DNA of 41,756 nt. Source: Armatimonadota bacterium (lineage in GTDB: Bacteria; Armatimonadota; Zipacnadia; Zipacnadales; FEN-943). The notes beneath the pieces are model-generated. The model saw only the letters and a program-made list of their open reading frames with translations, made no database searches and was not told where the DNA came from. The translations under genes were made by a program, and so were the position numbers. The stretch is from the NCBI GenBank assembly GCA_026419655.1, contig JANZZA010000042.1, forward strand, positions 1-41,756, in the 5' to 3' direction. Within the stretch, counting starts at the first letter, position 1; each line of letters begins with the position of its first letter. Shown here piece by piece: positions 1 to 9,075 of the stretch.

Positions 1-1
1 G

Positions 2-256
2 GCGAACTCGGGGAGCCTGAGAGTGCGGATGGCCCTTGAGGACGCAGAGCACCACTTGCGGCGGCTTGACGTAATGGCCAACCGCCTTGCTTTTGCCTTA
101 GTTGTGGCTGCCTTCGTTATGTCTTCCGCCATTATCGTTTCGAGCGAGCGAGCGATGGCCAGTATCACGCCCCTTGGCGGAGCCCTGTATGCGGGAGTGG
201 CAGCTATTTTCGGGTTGTGGCTGCTTTACTCAATCATCCGTTCTGGCCGCTTATGA
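2..256 (+). CDS. C-terminal fragment of an ABC1/UbiB-family (AarF-like) kinase; 5' end lies outside the window
   Basis: The frame is open from nt 2, with no stop before the listed Met at 23. Two hydrophobic helices and the ...IIRSGRL C-terminus resemble the membrane tail of ABC1/UbiB kinases. The TGA stop (254-256) overlaps the maf ATG (ATGA). The family call rests on a 77-aa tail only. Confidence 0.35.
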   Translation, partial: ANSGSLRVRMALEDAEHHLRRLDVMANRLAFALVVAAFVMSSAIIVSSERAMASITPLGGALYAGVAAIFGLWLLYSIIRSGRL

Positions 257-903
257 CCTCCCAAAGCTCTCTCAAAGAGCCTGCTGGACGTCGTCACCGT
301 CCTCTGGTACTCGCCTCAGCTTCTCCCCGGCGTGCCTGGTTGCTGCAGCAAGCGGGGGTTAGGGTTGAAATAGTGCCTCCACCTCCGGAAGCAGAGGAGC
401 AGGTAGTGCCAGGCGGTTCCCCCCCGGAGGTGGCGTTGGCAGCGGCCCGGGCCAAGGGGCTGGCCGCCGCGCGGCTGCGGCCCGATGCCCTGGTCCTGGC
501 CGCGGACACAGTTGTCGCTCTGGGGGAGCAGGTTCTGGGGAAGCCAGCCGACGAGGCTGAGGCTCGGGCGATGCTGCGGCACTTGGCGGGCCGTGAGCAT
601 TGGGTGTACACTGCGGTAGTGTGGGCGGCCAGCGTTCACGCGGAGCCCCGGGTGCTGGTGCAGGATGTAACTTCTTCTCAGGTAGTATTCCGTCAGCTTA
701 CGGACGAGGAGATCGAGGCCTACGTGGCCACGGGGGAGCCGGCCGATAAGGCTGGTGCCTACGGAATCCAGGGACCGGCGGCGAGTTTCGTAGCCCAGTT
801 AAGGGGGCCGTGGGACAATGTTGTAGGCCTGCCGGTGGCTAGAGCACTGGGGCTGTTAGAGCAGGCCCGGCAAGAACTCGCACGGCTTGAGGAGGACGGG
901 TGA
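253..903 (+). CDS. maf: Maf-like nucleoside triphosphate pyrophosphatase (septum formation inhibitor family)
   Basis: It has the LVLASASPRR N-terminal motif, the D-T-V-V region and a KAGAYGIQG motif. The ATG at 253 overlaps the upstream stop. It sits in the classical position directly upstream of mreBCD. Confidence 0.85.
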   Translation: MTSQSSLKEPAGRRHRPLVLASASPRRAWLLQQAGVRVEIVPPPPEAEEQVVPGGSPPEVALAAARAKGLAAARLRPDALVLAADTVVALGEQVLGKPADEAEARAMLRHLAGREHWVYTAVVWAASVHAEPRVLVQDVTSSQVVFRQLTDEEIEAYVATGEPADKAGAYGIQGPAASFVAQLRGPWDNVVGLPVARALGLLEQARQELARLEEDG

Positions 904-905
904 GG

Positions 906-1955
906 ATGGCGAGGCGCTGGTGGGCACAAAGCACTGCGCGATTTCGACACCTTTTTGCGCGTTTCATGCCCGGCATTGGGATTGACCTGGGCACTGCGAA
1001 TACCTTGGTATACGTCAAGGGACGCGGGATCATTCTGCGTGAGCCCTCCGTGGTGGCTTTGGACGCCAGCAGCGGCCGGGTATTGGCGGTGGGACTGGAG
1101 GCCAAGCGAACGGTCGGGCGCACGCCGGCGACGATAAGAGCCGTGCGCCCCTTGCGCGACGGCGTCATCGCCGACTTTGACGTTACGGAGCAGATGCTGG
1201 CGCATTTTATCCGCCAAGCCATCAAGAGGGGCATCAGCGTGCCGCCGAGGGTTGTAGTGGGTGTGCCCAGCGGCATAACAGAGGTTGAACGCAGGGCGGT
1301 AGTGGAAGCGGCAAGGCGGGCCGGTGCTTGGGAAACCGTGCTCATTGACGAGCCCATGGCAGCGGCCATTGGCGCTGGTATGCCGGTGGCCGAGCCGGTC
1401 GGTAACATGGTTGTTGACATCGGGGGCGGCACCACAGAAATGGCGGTGATTTCCCTAGGGGGCATCTGTACGCAACGCTCCATGCGCATCGCGGGCGAGG
1501 AGATTGACGAAGCCATCATGGCCTATGTGCGCCGCGAATACAATCTATGCATAGGCGAGGCTACCAGCGAGCAAATTAAGCTTGAGATAGGTTCCGCCTT
1601 TCCGCAGGCCGAGGAAAAGACTATGGAAATCCGCGGCAAGGACCTGCTCACGGGGCTGCCGAAGAGCGTGACTATAAGGTCTGAGGAAGTGCGCGAAGCG
1701 ATAGGGGAGCCAGTGGCAGCTATTGTTGACCTGGTCAAAGAGACCCTGGATGCTACCCCGCCTGAGTTGGCCGCAGACGTGATGAACCGCGGCATCGTCC
1801 TGGCGGGAGGAGGGGCACTCCTGCGCGGTCTGGACCAGTTAATCAGCGCGGAAACTGACATACCTGTGTACGTCGCCGAAGACCCCCTCACCTGCGTGGT
1901 GCTTGGCACCGCCCGGTATCTGGAAGAACTGGACGGGCTTGCTGTGGCCCGATAG
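906..1955 (+). CDS. mreB: Rod-shape determining actin homologue MreB
   Basis: It has the motifs GIDLGTANTLVYV, PSVVA, RPLRDGVIADF, VVGVPSGITEVERRA, IDEPMAAAIGAG, VVDIGGGTTE and GIVLAGGGALLRGLD. The start is ambiguous: GTG 900, ATG 906 or ATG 966. Confidence 0.95.
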   Translation: MARRWWAQSTARFRHLFARFMPGIGIDLGTANTLVYVKGRGIILREPSVVALDASSGRVLAVGLEAKRTVGRTPATIRAVRPLRDGVIADFDVTEQMLAHFIRQAIKRGISVPPRVVVGVPSGITEVERRAVVEAARRAGAWETVLIDEPMAAAIGAGMPVAEPVGNMVVDIGGGTTEMAVISLGGICTQRSMRIAGEEIDEAIMAYVRREYNLCIGEATSEQIKLEIGSAFPQAEEKTMEIRGKDLLTGLPKSVTIRSEEVREAIGEPVAAIVDLVKETLDATPPELAADVMNRGIVLAGGGALLRGLDQLISAETDIPVYVAEDPLTCVVLGTARYLEELDGLAVAR

Positions 1956-1964
1956 GCAAGAGCC

Positions 1965-2807
1965 ATGCGTTCTGGCGACAGTTTGCTCCGGCCGGCCGCG
2001 GTATTAGTGCTCTTGGCGCTGGTGCTGACAGTCGCACAGCACAGCGCTTGGAAACGAGGACACCGGAGCCTACCCGAGCGGGTAGTCCAGCGGATATTGA
2101 GCCCCGGAGTAGTGCTTTTCAGCCGTGCGGGCACGGCCGTGGGAGACCTGGGGTTCTCGCTGGTTTCGACAGCTCGGCTTCGACGCGAAAACCGAGCGCT
2201 GCGCGAGGAGTGTTCACAGCTTGCCGCAGACCGGGTCAGGCTGGCGGAGATAGCAGCAGAAAATGCGCGGCTGCGGCGAGAGGTGGGTTGCCCGCTGCCG
2301 CCAAAACTCATTCGGCTCGGAGTTGTCCAAGTCATCGCCCGGACACCTGGCCCCTTGCGGCGTCGCGTAACCGTGCGGGCTGCGTCAGACGTCTTCCTCG
2401 CCAAGGACGATGTGCTGCTTGAGGGCGGCTGTTTGGCCGGCCGGGTCATTAACGCCAACGGCCCGCAGGCAGAAGCTGTACTACTCGTGGATTCGGAACA
2501 CGCTGTGGCGGCCGTTGACCAGCGGTCCCGTGATCAGGGCATGTTGTACGCCGAAGCTCCTGCCGCTGGACGAGGTGACCTGCTGCGCATGGACAAGTTA
2601 GTTGGCCGTTGCGACTTGGCCCCAGGCGACATAATCATCACGTCGGGGATAGGGCAGGTGTATCCCAAGGGTTTGCCTATAGGCCGGGTTGTCGCCGTGA
2701 CCCACAGTCCGGGCGCCGGGGGTGCCGTGAGCGCTTTGGTAAAGCCCTTCGTTGACCTTGATCGGGCTGAATTTTTCTCCGTCGTCCGCAGCGTGGGTGC
2801 ACCTTGA
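1965..2807 (+). CDS. mreC: Rod-shape determining protein MreC
   Basis: It has an N-terminal TM segment and a coiled-coil (LRRENRALREE...ENARLRRE). The C-terminal beta-domain carries ITSGIGQVYPKGLPIGRV. It lies immediately after mreB. Confidence 0.85.
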   Translation: MRSGDSLLRPAAVLVLLALVLTVAQHSAWKRGHRSLPERVVQRILSPGVVLFSRAGTAVGDLGFSLVSTARLRRENRALREECSQLAADRVRLAEIAAENARLRREVGCPLPPKLIRLGVVQVIARTPGPLRRRVTVRAASDVFLAKDDVLLEGGCLAGRVINANGPQAEAVLLVDSEHAVAAVDQRSRDQGMLYAEAPAAGRGDLLRMDKLVGRCDLAPGDIIITSGIGQVYPKGLPIGRVVAVTHSPGAGGAVSALVKPFVDLDRAEFFSVVRSVGAP

Positions 2808-2816
2808 GGTGATGGG

Positions 2817-3314
2817 TTGGTCTACCTCGGTTCTGCCTTAATAACGGCGGTGGCGGCGGTGGTGGAGGCCGCGTGGGCGCCGTGGCTCTTTTGGAGCGGG
2901 GAGCGTCCAGAGCTAACCGTGGCAGCGACAGTTGTCCTGGGGCTTGTGGCTGGTCCTCGGTGGGGGCTTTCGTGTGGGTTTTTCGCAGCGCTATTTCGCG
3001 GCGCGCTGTTGAGGGAAACCTATGGCAGTCTGTTCGTCGCAATGATGGGGCTGGGGCTCCTTGCAGGTGCCGGTGGGCATCGCGTCATCGCGCGGAGGAT
3101 GATCGCGGCCTGTGCCAGCGCGGGCATTGGCATTTTGATGTTCCGGCTCGTGATGGCTCTATTCCATCCTGCTGGAGAGCTTGGACTGACTTTTTGGGGG
3201 GCGCTGCGAGCGTCACTTTACTCCGCTGTGGCGACCGTGCCTATCTACCTTTTAGCTGCCTGGGGCCAGGAGGTGGCTCTTCGAAGCGCCAGCCCCGGAT
3301 TGCGATGGAGGTAG
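2817..3314 (+). CDS. mreD: Rod-shape determining protein MreD (polytopic membrane protein)
   Basis: This ~165-aa all-hydrophobic protein sits right after mreC. It has a TTG start with a GAGGTG Shine-Dalgarno (SD) sequence 5 nt upstream. The call is by position and hydropathy. Confidence 0.6.
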   Translation: MVYLGSALITAVAAVVEAAWAPWLFWSGERPELTVAATVVLGLVAGPRWGLSCGFFAALFRGALLRETYGSLFVAMMGLGLLAGAGGHRVIARRMIAACASAGIGILMFRLVMALFHPAGELGLTFWGALRASLYSAVATVPIYLLAAWGQEVALRSASPGLRWR

Positions 3315-3322
3315 TGTTCACT

Positions 3323-3838
3323 ATGGATTGCAGAGAAAAGATAGTTCCTTGGGATGAGGTGGATGTGCTGGTTGCTCGGCTCAGGCGGGAGGGGAAGACA
3401 ATTGTGTTTACCAACGGTGTCTTTGACCTCCTCCACGTCGGCCACATCCGTTACCTTCAGGAAGCGAGGAGCTATGGGGACGTGCTGGTACTGGGGCTGA
3501 ACTCCGACGCTTCTACGCGACGCATCAAAGGTCCCCGCCGGCCCATCGTGCCCGAGGGTGAGAGAGCTGAAATGGTGGCAGCGCTCGAATGCGTGGACTA
3601 CGTTGTAATCTTTCAGGAAGACACGCCCGACGAACTGATCCGCAAGATTGCTCCAGACGTGCACGTCAAGGGCGGTGACTATACTCCTGATGAGCTGCCA
3701 GAAGCACCGCTGGTCCGGTCCCTCGGCGGCCGCGTCGTCGTCACCAGCCTGGTGAATGGGAAATCTACGACGATGACTATTGGTCGAATCTTGGCGACGC
3801 ATGTTGACCTCATTGAGCGGGGGCTCGACCAACAGTGA
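3323..3838 (+). CDS. hldC: D-glycero-beta-D-manno-heptose 1-phosphate adenylyltransferase (RfaE domain II / monofunctional HldC)
   Basis: It has the motifs FTNGVFDLLHVGHIRYLQEA, LGLNSDAS..R.KG..RP, DYVVIFQEDTP and VHVKGGDY, typical of the cytidylyltransferase-fold HldE C-domain. The ORF-track extension from 2873 overlaps mreD and is not credible. An alternative ATG lies at 3305. Confidence 0.85.
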   Translation: MDCREKIVPWDEVDVLVARLRREGKTIVFTNGVFDLLHVGHIRYLQEARSYGDVLVLGLNSDASTRRIKGPRRPIVPEGERAEMVAALECVDYVVIFQEDTPDELIRKIAPDVHVKGGDYTPDELPEAPLVRSLGGRVVVTSLVNGKSTTMTIGRILATHVDLIERGLDQQ

Positions 3839-4608
3839 ACATCGTCGGCATCATTCCTGCCCGATATGCGTCCAGCAGACTACCCGGCAAGGTCCTGGCC
3901 GAAATCGCCGGCAAGCCCATGGTGCAGCACGTCTATGAACAAGCCCGCCAGGCACGATGCCTGTCGGAGGTTATAGTGGCTACTGATGATGACCGGGTTT
4001 GTCGGGCGGTGGCGGATTTTGGCGGCCGGGCCGAAATGACATCCCCATATCACCAGAGCGGGACCGACCGGCTTGCTGAAGTCGTTAGCCGCATCGAAGC
4101 TGACCTGATCGTCAACATCCAGGGCGATGAGCCGCTGCTTGACCCGAGCGTAATCGAAGCTGCCGTCGCACCTTTCTTTTCTGAGCCGGGCCTTCGGATG
4201 AGCACTGTTGCCACGCCAATCCGCGAGCTTGCCGAGCATCTTAGCGATTCGGTTGTCAAAGTCGTTTTGGACCGTAAGGGTTTTGCGCTCTATTTCAGCC
4301 GTTGTCCGATACCGTATTTTCGCCTAGATAGCCCTTCGCCATGGCCCCAGGAATCACGGCGCCAGCATCCCGCCTCCCAACTTTGGCCGCTGAAGCACAT
4401 TGGCCTGTATGTCTACACGAGGGACACCTTAATGTGGTTTGCAAGCTTAGAGCCCACACCGCTGGAAAAGACCGAAAAACTCGAGCAGCTCCGCGCGTTG
4501 GAGAATGGCTGTCCCATTCGGGTTGTCACGGTGGACTACTCGCCGATTGGGGTAGACACGCCCGAGGACTTGGAGCGGGTGCGAAAACTGCTAGGAGGAG
4601 AGGGATGA
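3835..4608 (+). CDS. kdsB: 3-deoxy-manno-octulosonate cytidylyltransferase (CMP-Kdo synthetase)
   Basis: It has the motifs IIPARYASSRLPGKVL, ATDDDR, VNIQGDEPL and LEQLRALENG. The GTG start overlaps the hldC stop (GTGA). Confidence 0.9.
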   Translation: MNIVGIIPARYASSRLPGKVLAEIAGKPMVQHVYEQARQARCLSEVIVATDDDRVCRAVADFGGRAEMTSPYHQSGTDRLAEVVSRIEADLIVNIQGDEPLLDPSVIEAAVAPFFSEPGLRMSTVATPIRELAEHLSDSVVKVVLDRKGFALYFSRCPIPYFRLDSPSPWPQESRRQHPASQLWPLKHIGLYVYTRDTLMWFASLEPTPLEKTEKLEQLRALENGCPIRVVTVDYSPIGVDTPEDLERVRKLLGGEG

Positions 4609-5474
4609 GGCTCCGGCCAGTCCTTGAAGTTGCCGTGCCAGGGCTTTCGGCTCCGATTGGCGGAGAGAAGCTTGTAGTCATTGCCGGTCCATGCACTCTG
4701 GAAGCGCTGGACCTTGGCCTTGAAATCGCCGGCCACATGAAAGCGGTGTGCGGACGCCTCGGGCTGCCGTATATCTTCAAGGCGTCCTTCGACAAGGCGA
4801 ATCGCACTTCGGGCCGGTCGCCGCGAGGCCCCGGACTGGAGACGGGCCTGGCGTGGATGGCGGAAATTCGCGCCCGGCTTCAGGTGCCGGTTCTCGCGGA
4901 CGTGCACGAGACCTGGCAAGTGGAGCCGGCCGCTGCCGTGGTGGATGTCCTGCAGATACCGGCCTTTCTTTGCAGGCAGACAGATTTGCTTGTGGCGGCC
5001 GGGCGCTCGGGAAGAGTCGTGAACATCAAGAAGGGACAGTTTCTTGCGCCCGACGATGTGGCGTACGCAATCCAGAAGGTCGCCGATACGGGCAACCGCG
5101 CTGTGTTTGTGACCGAGCGCGGCACGGTCTTCGGCTACCATGACCTCGTAGTAGATTTGCGGGGACTTGTACTCCTGCGCGATTTCGGCCACCCTGTAAT
5201 TTTTGACGCCACGCATTCAGTTCAGAGGCCTGGCGCTGCTGGGGGAGCTTCTGGAGGCCAGCGTCGGTTTGTTGCTGCCCTCGCACGGGCAGCACTGGCG
5301 GCCGGCTGCGATGGGCTGTTTATAGAAACGCACCCCAATCCGGCTGCGGCCGTAAGCGACGGCCCCAATATGGTCCCCCTGGCTCAGATGCAGGCCTTAT
5401 TAGAGCAGTGCGTGGCGATTCGCGCGGCCGTACTGGAGGCCTGCGACGTTCCTCTGGAGAGCGAGGAATTGTGA
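4605..5474 (+). CDS. kdsA: 2-dehydro-3-deoxyphosphooctonate aldolase (Kdo-8-P synthase)
   Basis: It has the motifs VIAGPC..E, IFKASFDKANRTS, LQIPAFLCRQTDLL, VNIKKGQF, TERG and FDATHSVQ.PG. The ATG at 4605 overlaps the kdsB stop (ATGA). The track start at 4341 is an upstream extension inside kdsB. Confidence 0.92.
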   Translation: MRLRPVLEVAVPGLSAPIGGEKLVVIAGPCTLEALDLGLEIAGHMKAVCGRLGLPYIFKASFDKANRTSGRSPRGPGLETGLAWMAEIRARLQVPVLADVHETWQVEPAAAVVDVLQIPAFLCRQTDLLVAAGRSGRVVNIKKGQFLAPDDVAYAIQKVADTGNRAVFVTERGTVFGYHDLVVDLRGLVLLRDFGHPVIFDATHSVQRPGAAGGASGGQRRFVAALARAALAAGCDGLFIETHPNPAAAVSDGPNMVPLAQMQALLEQCVAIRAAVLEACDVPLESEEL

Positions 5475-5475
5475 G

Positions 5476-6474
5476 ATGGCGTCTGATGCAGAAAACCTCG
5501 ACCAGGCCATGGCACAAGCACGCGAAACCTTGGACATCGAAGCAAGGGCCATCCGCGGGCTTGCTGAGCGGCTTGGCGAGGACTTCCGCCGTGCTGTGAA
5601 GTTGCTGCTCGACCTGCGCGGTCGAGCCGTTACCTGCGGCGTTGGCAAGTCCGGCGCAGTGGCCCGGAAAATCGCCGGTACTCTTGCCAGCACGGGCACC
5701 CCAGCCTTCTTCATGCATCCCACAGAAGCTCAGCATGGCGACCTGGGCATGGTGACCGGAGACGACGTGGTGCTCCTGTTTTCAAACAGCGGGGAAACGG
5801 AAGAAGTTACGGGGCTGTTGCCGTGGTTGAAACGCGTCGGAGCAGCGATAATCGCGGTGTGCGGACGGGCGCACTCTACTTTGGCCCGCGAGGCAGACGC
5901 GGTACTTGATGCCTCTGTCGAGCGGGAAGCGTGTCCCTTGGGTCTTGCGCCGACGGCCTCGGCTATTGCCCAGATGGCCCTCGGCGACGCCCTCGCCATG
6001 GCTGTGATGGCCGCCCGTGGCTTTACCGTCGAAGATTATGCGAGGACGCATCCTGCAGGCACACTAGGGCGGAAAGTCCTCATGCGCGTGAAGGACCTCA
6101 TGCACGCCGGCCCTGACAATCCAGTCGTTCCCTTCTCTGCCACCGTCTTCGAGGCCCTCCTGGTGATGACCAACAGCCCGATTCGAGGCGCAGTTTCAGT
6201 GGTGGACGAGGAAGGTCAGCTTGCGGGATTCTTCACCGACGGTGACTTTCGTGTACTAATGCAGCGGGAGACCGACTGGGGCGCTGTGATGCGCCGGCCG
6301 ATAGCTGAGGTTATGACCCGCACGCCAACAACCACGACCCCGGAAACACTTGCTCAGGAAGCCGCGCGTATTATGCAGACCAAGCAGTTCGATAACCTCC
6401 CCGTAGTGGATGCCGACGGCCGCGCCGTAGGGATGCTCGACATTCAGGACGTCATCCGAGCGGGTCTGGCGTGA
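5476..6474 (+). CDS. kdsD: Arabinose-5-phosphate isomerase (KpsF/GutQ/KdsD; SIS domain + tandem CBS)
   Basis: The SIS motifs GVGKSG..ARKIA.TLASTGTPAFF..P.EA.HGDLGM and SNSGET are present. The C-terminal CBS pair includes the motif FDNLPVVD. The ATG lies 1 nt after the kdsA stop. Confidence 0.9.
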   Translation: MASDAENLDQAMAQARETLDIEARAIRGLAERLGEDFRRAVKLLLDLRGRAVTCGVGKSGAVARKIAGTLASTGTPAFFMHPTEAQHGDLGMVTGDDVVLLFSNSGETEEVTGLLPWLKRVGAAIIAVCGRAHSTLAREADAVLDASVEREACPLGLAPTASAIAQMALGDALAMAVMAARGFTVEDYARTHPAGTLGRKVLMRVKDLMHAGPDNPVVPFSATVFEALLVMTNSPIRGAVSVVDEEGQLAGFFTDGDFRVLMQRETDWGAVMRRPIAEVMTRTPTTTTPETLAQEAARIMQTKQFDNLPVVDADGRAVGMLDIQDVIRAGLA

Positions 6475-7235
6475 GGCTCATGGCCGAGCTTGTCATACTT
6501 CACACCGGAGACCTTCACGGCAGGCTTTCAGTGCAGGCGGCAGAGCGGTTGCGGCAGATGAAACACGAGAAGGGGGCGCTTCTCCTCGACAGCGGGGATG
6601 CCTTGCCTGTGCCAAACATCGTTGCAGTTCCGTGGCCTACTGCTATTGCGCAGCGCATGGCCATCGCCGGCTACGACGCCGTGGCGCTGGGGAACCGCGA
6701 ATACTTCTTCCGTGCGGGCGGCATCAGGTGGGCCGCCCGAAGTTTTTCCTTCCCGGTAATCGCAACGAATGTTGAATTGCCGAATACAGCGGGCGTGCAG
6801 CGCCTAGCCGTAATCAAGCACGCGGCGGGCGAGGTGGTTGTTCTTGGTCTCGCACGGTGCATGACACGCCCTGACTCCCTACTGCAGCGCCTCAGCAACA
6901 TACGGTGGCGTGACCCGGTTGAGGCCGTCCGAGAGGTCATCAGGTCAGTTTGTAGCGAGGCAAGGTGGCTGGTGGCTCTCAGTCACCTGGGCCTGCGGCA
7001 GGACTTTAGGCTGGCCCAAGAGTGTCCTGAGCTAGACGTGGTGCTTGGTGCACACGACCACGTGCTCACGGTGGTGGCCCCGCAGCCCTTCGGCCCGCCC
7101 GTGATTCACAGCGGCTGCCGCGCACGGACGGTAAGCGTCGTCCGCCTCACCGCGCAACTGGCTCCTCAGTCCCAGGCGTCTCAAGGCTCTAAAGATAGTC
7201 GGACTCAAGTCGCCGTCGAGGTGGTACGGCTGTGA
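6471..7235 (+). CDS. Cytoplasmic calcineurin-like metallophosphoesterase (UshA/5'-nucleotidase N-domain type, lacking the C-terminal substrate-binding domain)
   Basis: The metallophosphatase motifs occur in order: LHTGDLHG (DxH), DSGD (GD), GNRE (variant of GNHE), LSHLG, GAHDH (GHxH). It has no signal peptide. The GTG start overlaps the kdsD stop (GTGA), with an alternative ATG at 6480. Confidence 0.7.
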   Translation: MRLMAELVILHTGDLHGRLSVQAAERLRQMKHEKGALLLDSGDALPVPNIVAVPWPTAIAQRMAIAGYDAVALGNREYFFRAGGIRWAARSFSFPVIATNVELPNTAGVQRLAVIKHAAGEVVVLGLARCMTRPDSLLQRLSNIRWRDPVEAVREVIRSVCSEARWLVALSHLGLRQDFRLAQECPELDVVLGAHDHVLTVVAPQPFGPPVIHSGCRARTVSVVRLTAQLAPQSQASQGSKDSRTQVAVEVVRL

Positions 7236-8083
7236 GCGGCCGGGTTCTTTTTGGCGACATTGGGAACACCGTGGTGAAGTTGCGGCTTAGGGATGGCGGT
7301 CATTGGCGGGACCTGCTGTGGGGAGAACCGGGCGAGGCTACTGAGAAGACTAAACACCTTCTGGGCGAGCAGCGGCCGTCGGCCTTAGTTATGGTGGCCA
7401 GTGCGCCAGTACGGGCACTCTTGGATACTTATCCCATTTGCCAGGAGGCTTTAAGAGAGCTACCGATCGAAGAGACCGGCTGCAGGGTGCTGGCATTGGT
7501 TGCGCAACTCGCTGACGTGGCTGGTCGGGCCTGCACACCTTGCCTGGTTGCTGGTCGGGACTTTCCCGTTTCCGTGCCGACGGCATACCACGATCCAGGG
7601 GAATTAGGCGTGGACCGTCTTTGCGCAGCTTTTGCGGCGAGCCACCTATTCGGCGTGCCGGTGGTGACTGCTTCTGCAGGCACGTGTCTCACCGTAGAGG
7701 CGGTAGACGAGCGCGGAGTGCTTGTGGGCGGAGCTATCGCAGCCGGTGTCGGCGCCATGGCAAGAGGCATTATCGGGGCGGTGCCGCATCTGGAGTGTTA
7801 TGTGGACGCTGCTGTGCGTGCTGGTGTCTCTACTGTTGACCTTGGGCGCTCTACCGCAGAAAACCTGGTTCTGGGCCTGTGGCTTGGCGCTGCCGCCACT
7901 CTTGACCGTCTGATAGCGGCTGCCCGTGCTGTGGTAGGCATGAAGGCGCCGGTTGTTCTTACCGGCGGAGATGCTCACAAACTGGCGCCCCTCTGCCAGA
8001 CTAAGGTCGAAATCTTCGAACACCTGGTCCTCGAAGGCCTAAGATTAGCCTACGAGACTCATCTTTCGCAGGGGCCTGACTAA
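7232..8083 (+). CDS. coaX: Type III pantothenate kinase
   Basis: It has the motifs DIGNT.VK, VDR, AGT..T.EAVD..G...GGAI..G and LTGG. The GTG start overlaps the upstream stop. Confidence 0.85.
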   Translation: MSGRVLFGDIGNTVVKLRLRDGGHWRDLLWGEPGEATEKTKHLLGEQRPSALVMVASAPVRALLDTYPICQEALRELPIEETGCRVLALVAQLADVAGRACTPCLVAGRDFPVSVPTAYHDPGELGVDRLCAAFAASHLFGVPVVTASAGTCLTVEAVDERGVLVGGAIAAGVGAMARGIIGAVPHLECYVDAAVRAGVSTVDLGRSTAENLVLGLWLGAAATLDRLIAAARAVVGMKAPVVLTGGDAHKLAPLCQTKVEIFEHLVLEGLRLAYETHLSQGPD

Positions 8084-9075
8084 TGACGGTTCCAGCGCTT
8101 AGGCTTGGCGGTTTGAGAATCAGTCCGCCCATTGGCCTGGCGCCGATGGCCGGGTTCACGACACTGCCCATGCGCCTGATGGCCCGCCGGGCGGGAGCAG
8201 GGTTTGTCTACACGGAGATGGTTCCGGCCGAGGCCCTGGTGCGAGGTTGCCCCATTGTTCGACGGCGCCTTGCCATATCTCCTCGCGAGCACCCGGTGAT
8301 AGTGCAGCTTTACGGGGCGGATCCATCAGTGCTGGCTGATGCTGCAGCGATTGCCGAGGATGCTGGCGCAGATGTGGTGGACCTTAATCTCGGTTGCGTT
8401 GCTCCCGAAGCGCTGCGGTGCGGGGCTGGCGCGGCCCTAGCCGCCCAGCCCGTGGCCGCTGCCGCTTGCGTGGCGGCAATTGCTTCTGCCACGCGACGGC
8501 CCGTTACGGCAAAACTCCGGGCTGGAACGTCACCCGCCAACCGCAGCTACCTCGACCTTGCCAAGCGATTGGTTAACGCTGGAGCGTCCGCCGTTGCGCT
8601 TCATGCGCGGACTGTGGCCCAGGGCTTCCGCGGGCGGGCTGACTGGCGCCTTATCGCGGACCTGGTCGAGGCGGTCCAGGTGCCGGTGCTGGGTAATGGG
8701 GATGTGAGGTCCGCGGATGACGCACTTGCGATGCTGGCGACCACGGGCTGCGCTGGCGTCTTGGTTGGGCGGGCGGCGATAGGCAATCCGTGGCTCTTCG
8801 GGGGAATCACGGCACGGTTGCAGGGGTGCTCAATGCCAGCGGCGCCGAGCCCTGGGGAGCGGTTAGCGGCTGCGCTGTGGCTGATTGGCATGCTTTCGTC
8901 TGGCCCGCTTGCCTACGATTTACCCGCCCTTCAACGACAGGTGCTGCCGCTGCTGAGGGAGATGCCGGGGATTAAGAAGCTGCGCGAAGCCGTGGCTGCT
9001 GCGCGGTGTGTTGAAGAGATGCGGCAGGCCGTAATGACGTATTGGGCATCCGTCCGGCAGGAGGCCGGAGCATGA
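8083..9075 (+). CDS. dus: tRNA-dihydrouridine synthase (Dus family)
   Basis: It has the motifs LAPMAG.T..P.R, TEMV, VQL.G.DP, DLNLGC, VT.K.R.G and GNGD, which indicate the FMN TIM-barrel Dus fold. The ATG overlaps the coaX TAA by 1 nt. Confidence 0.85.
   Translation: MTVPALRLGGLRISPPIGLAPMAGFTTLPMRLMARRAGAGFVYTEMVPAEALVRGCPIVRRRLAISPREHPVIVQLYGADPSVLADAAAIAEDAGADVVDLNLGCVAPEALRCGAGAALAAQPVAAAACVAAIASATRRPVTAKLRAGTSPANRSYLDLAKRLVNAGASAVALHARTVAQGFRGRADWRLIADLVEAVQVPVLGNGDVRSADDALAMLATTGCAGVLVGRAAIGNPWLFGGITARLQGCSMPAAPSPGERLAAALWLIGMLSSGPLAYDLPALQRQVLPLLREMPGIKKLREAVAAARCVEEMRQAVMTYWASVRQEAGA

Noticed and set aside
839-2458. Two minus-strand ORFs (839-1519, 226 aa; 1523-2458, 311 aa) lie antisense to mreB and mreC.
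   Set aside because: The explanation is the same GC-driven artefact. Both are Ser/Arg/Ala/Pro/Thr-rich translations, while the plus-strand frames encode unmistakable MreB and MreC.
2873-3322. Long N-terminal extensions appear in the ORF track for hldC (2873), kdsA (4341), tamB (22726), the ECF sigma (27896), the Skp-like lipoprotein (31528), lpxD (32726) and the orphan protein (33991).
   Set aside because: Each extension overlaps the 3' part of the well-supported upstream gene, or in one case the terminator. Each lacks homology-like sequence. Internal starts with SD sequences or stop/start overlaps fit the known protein N-termini.
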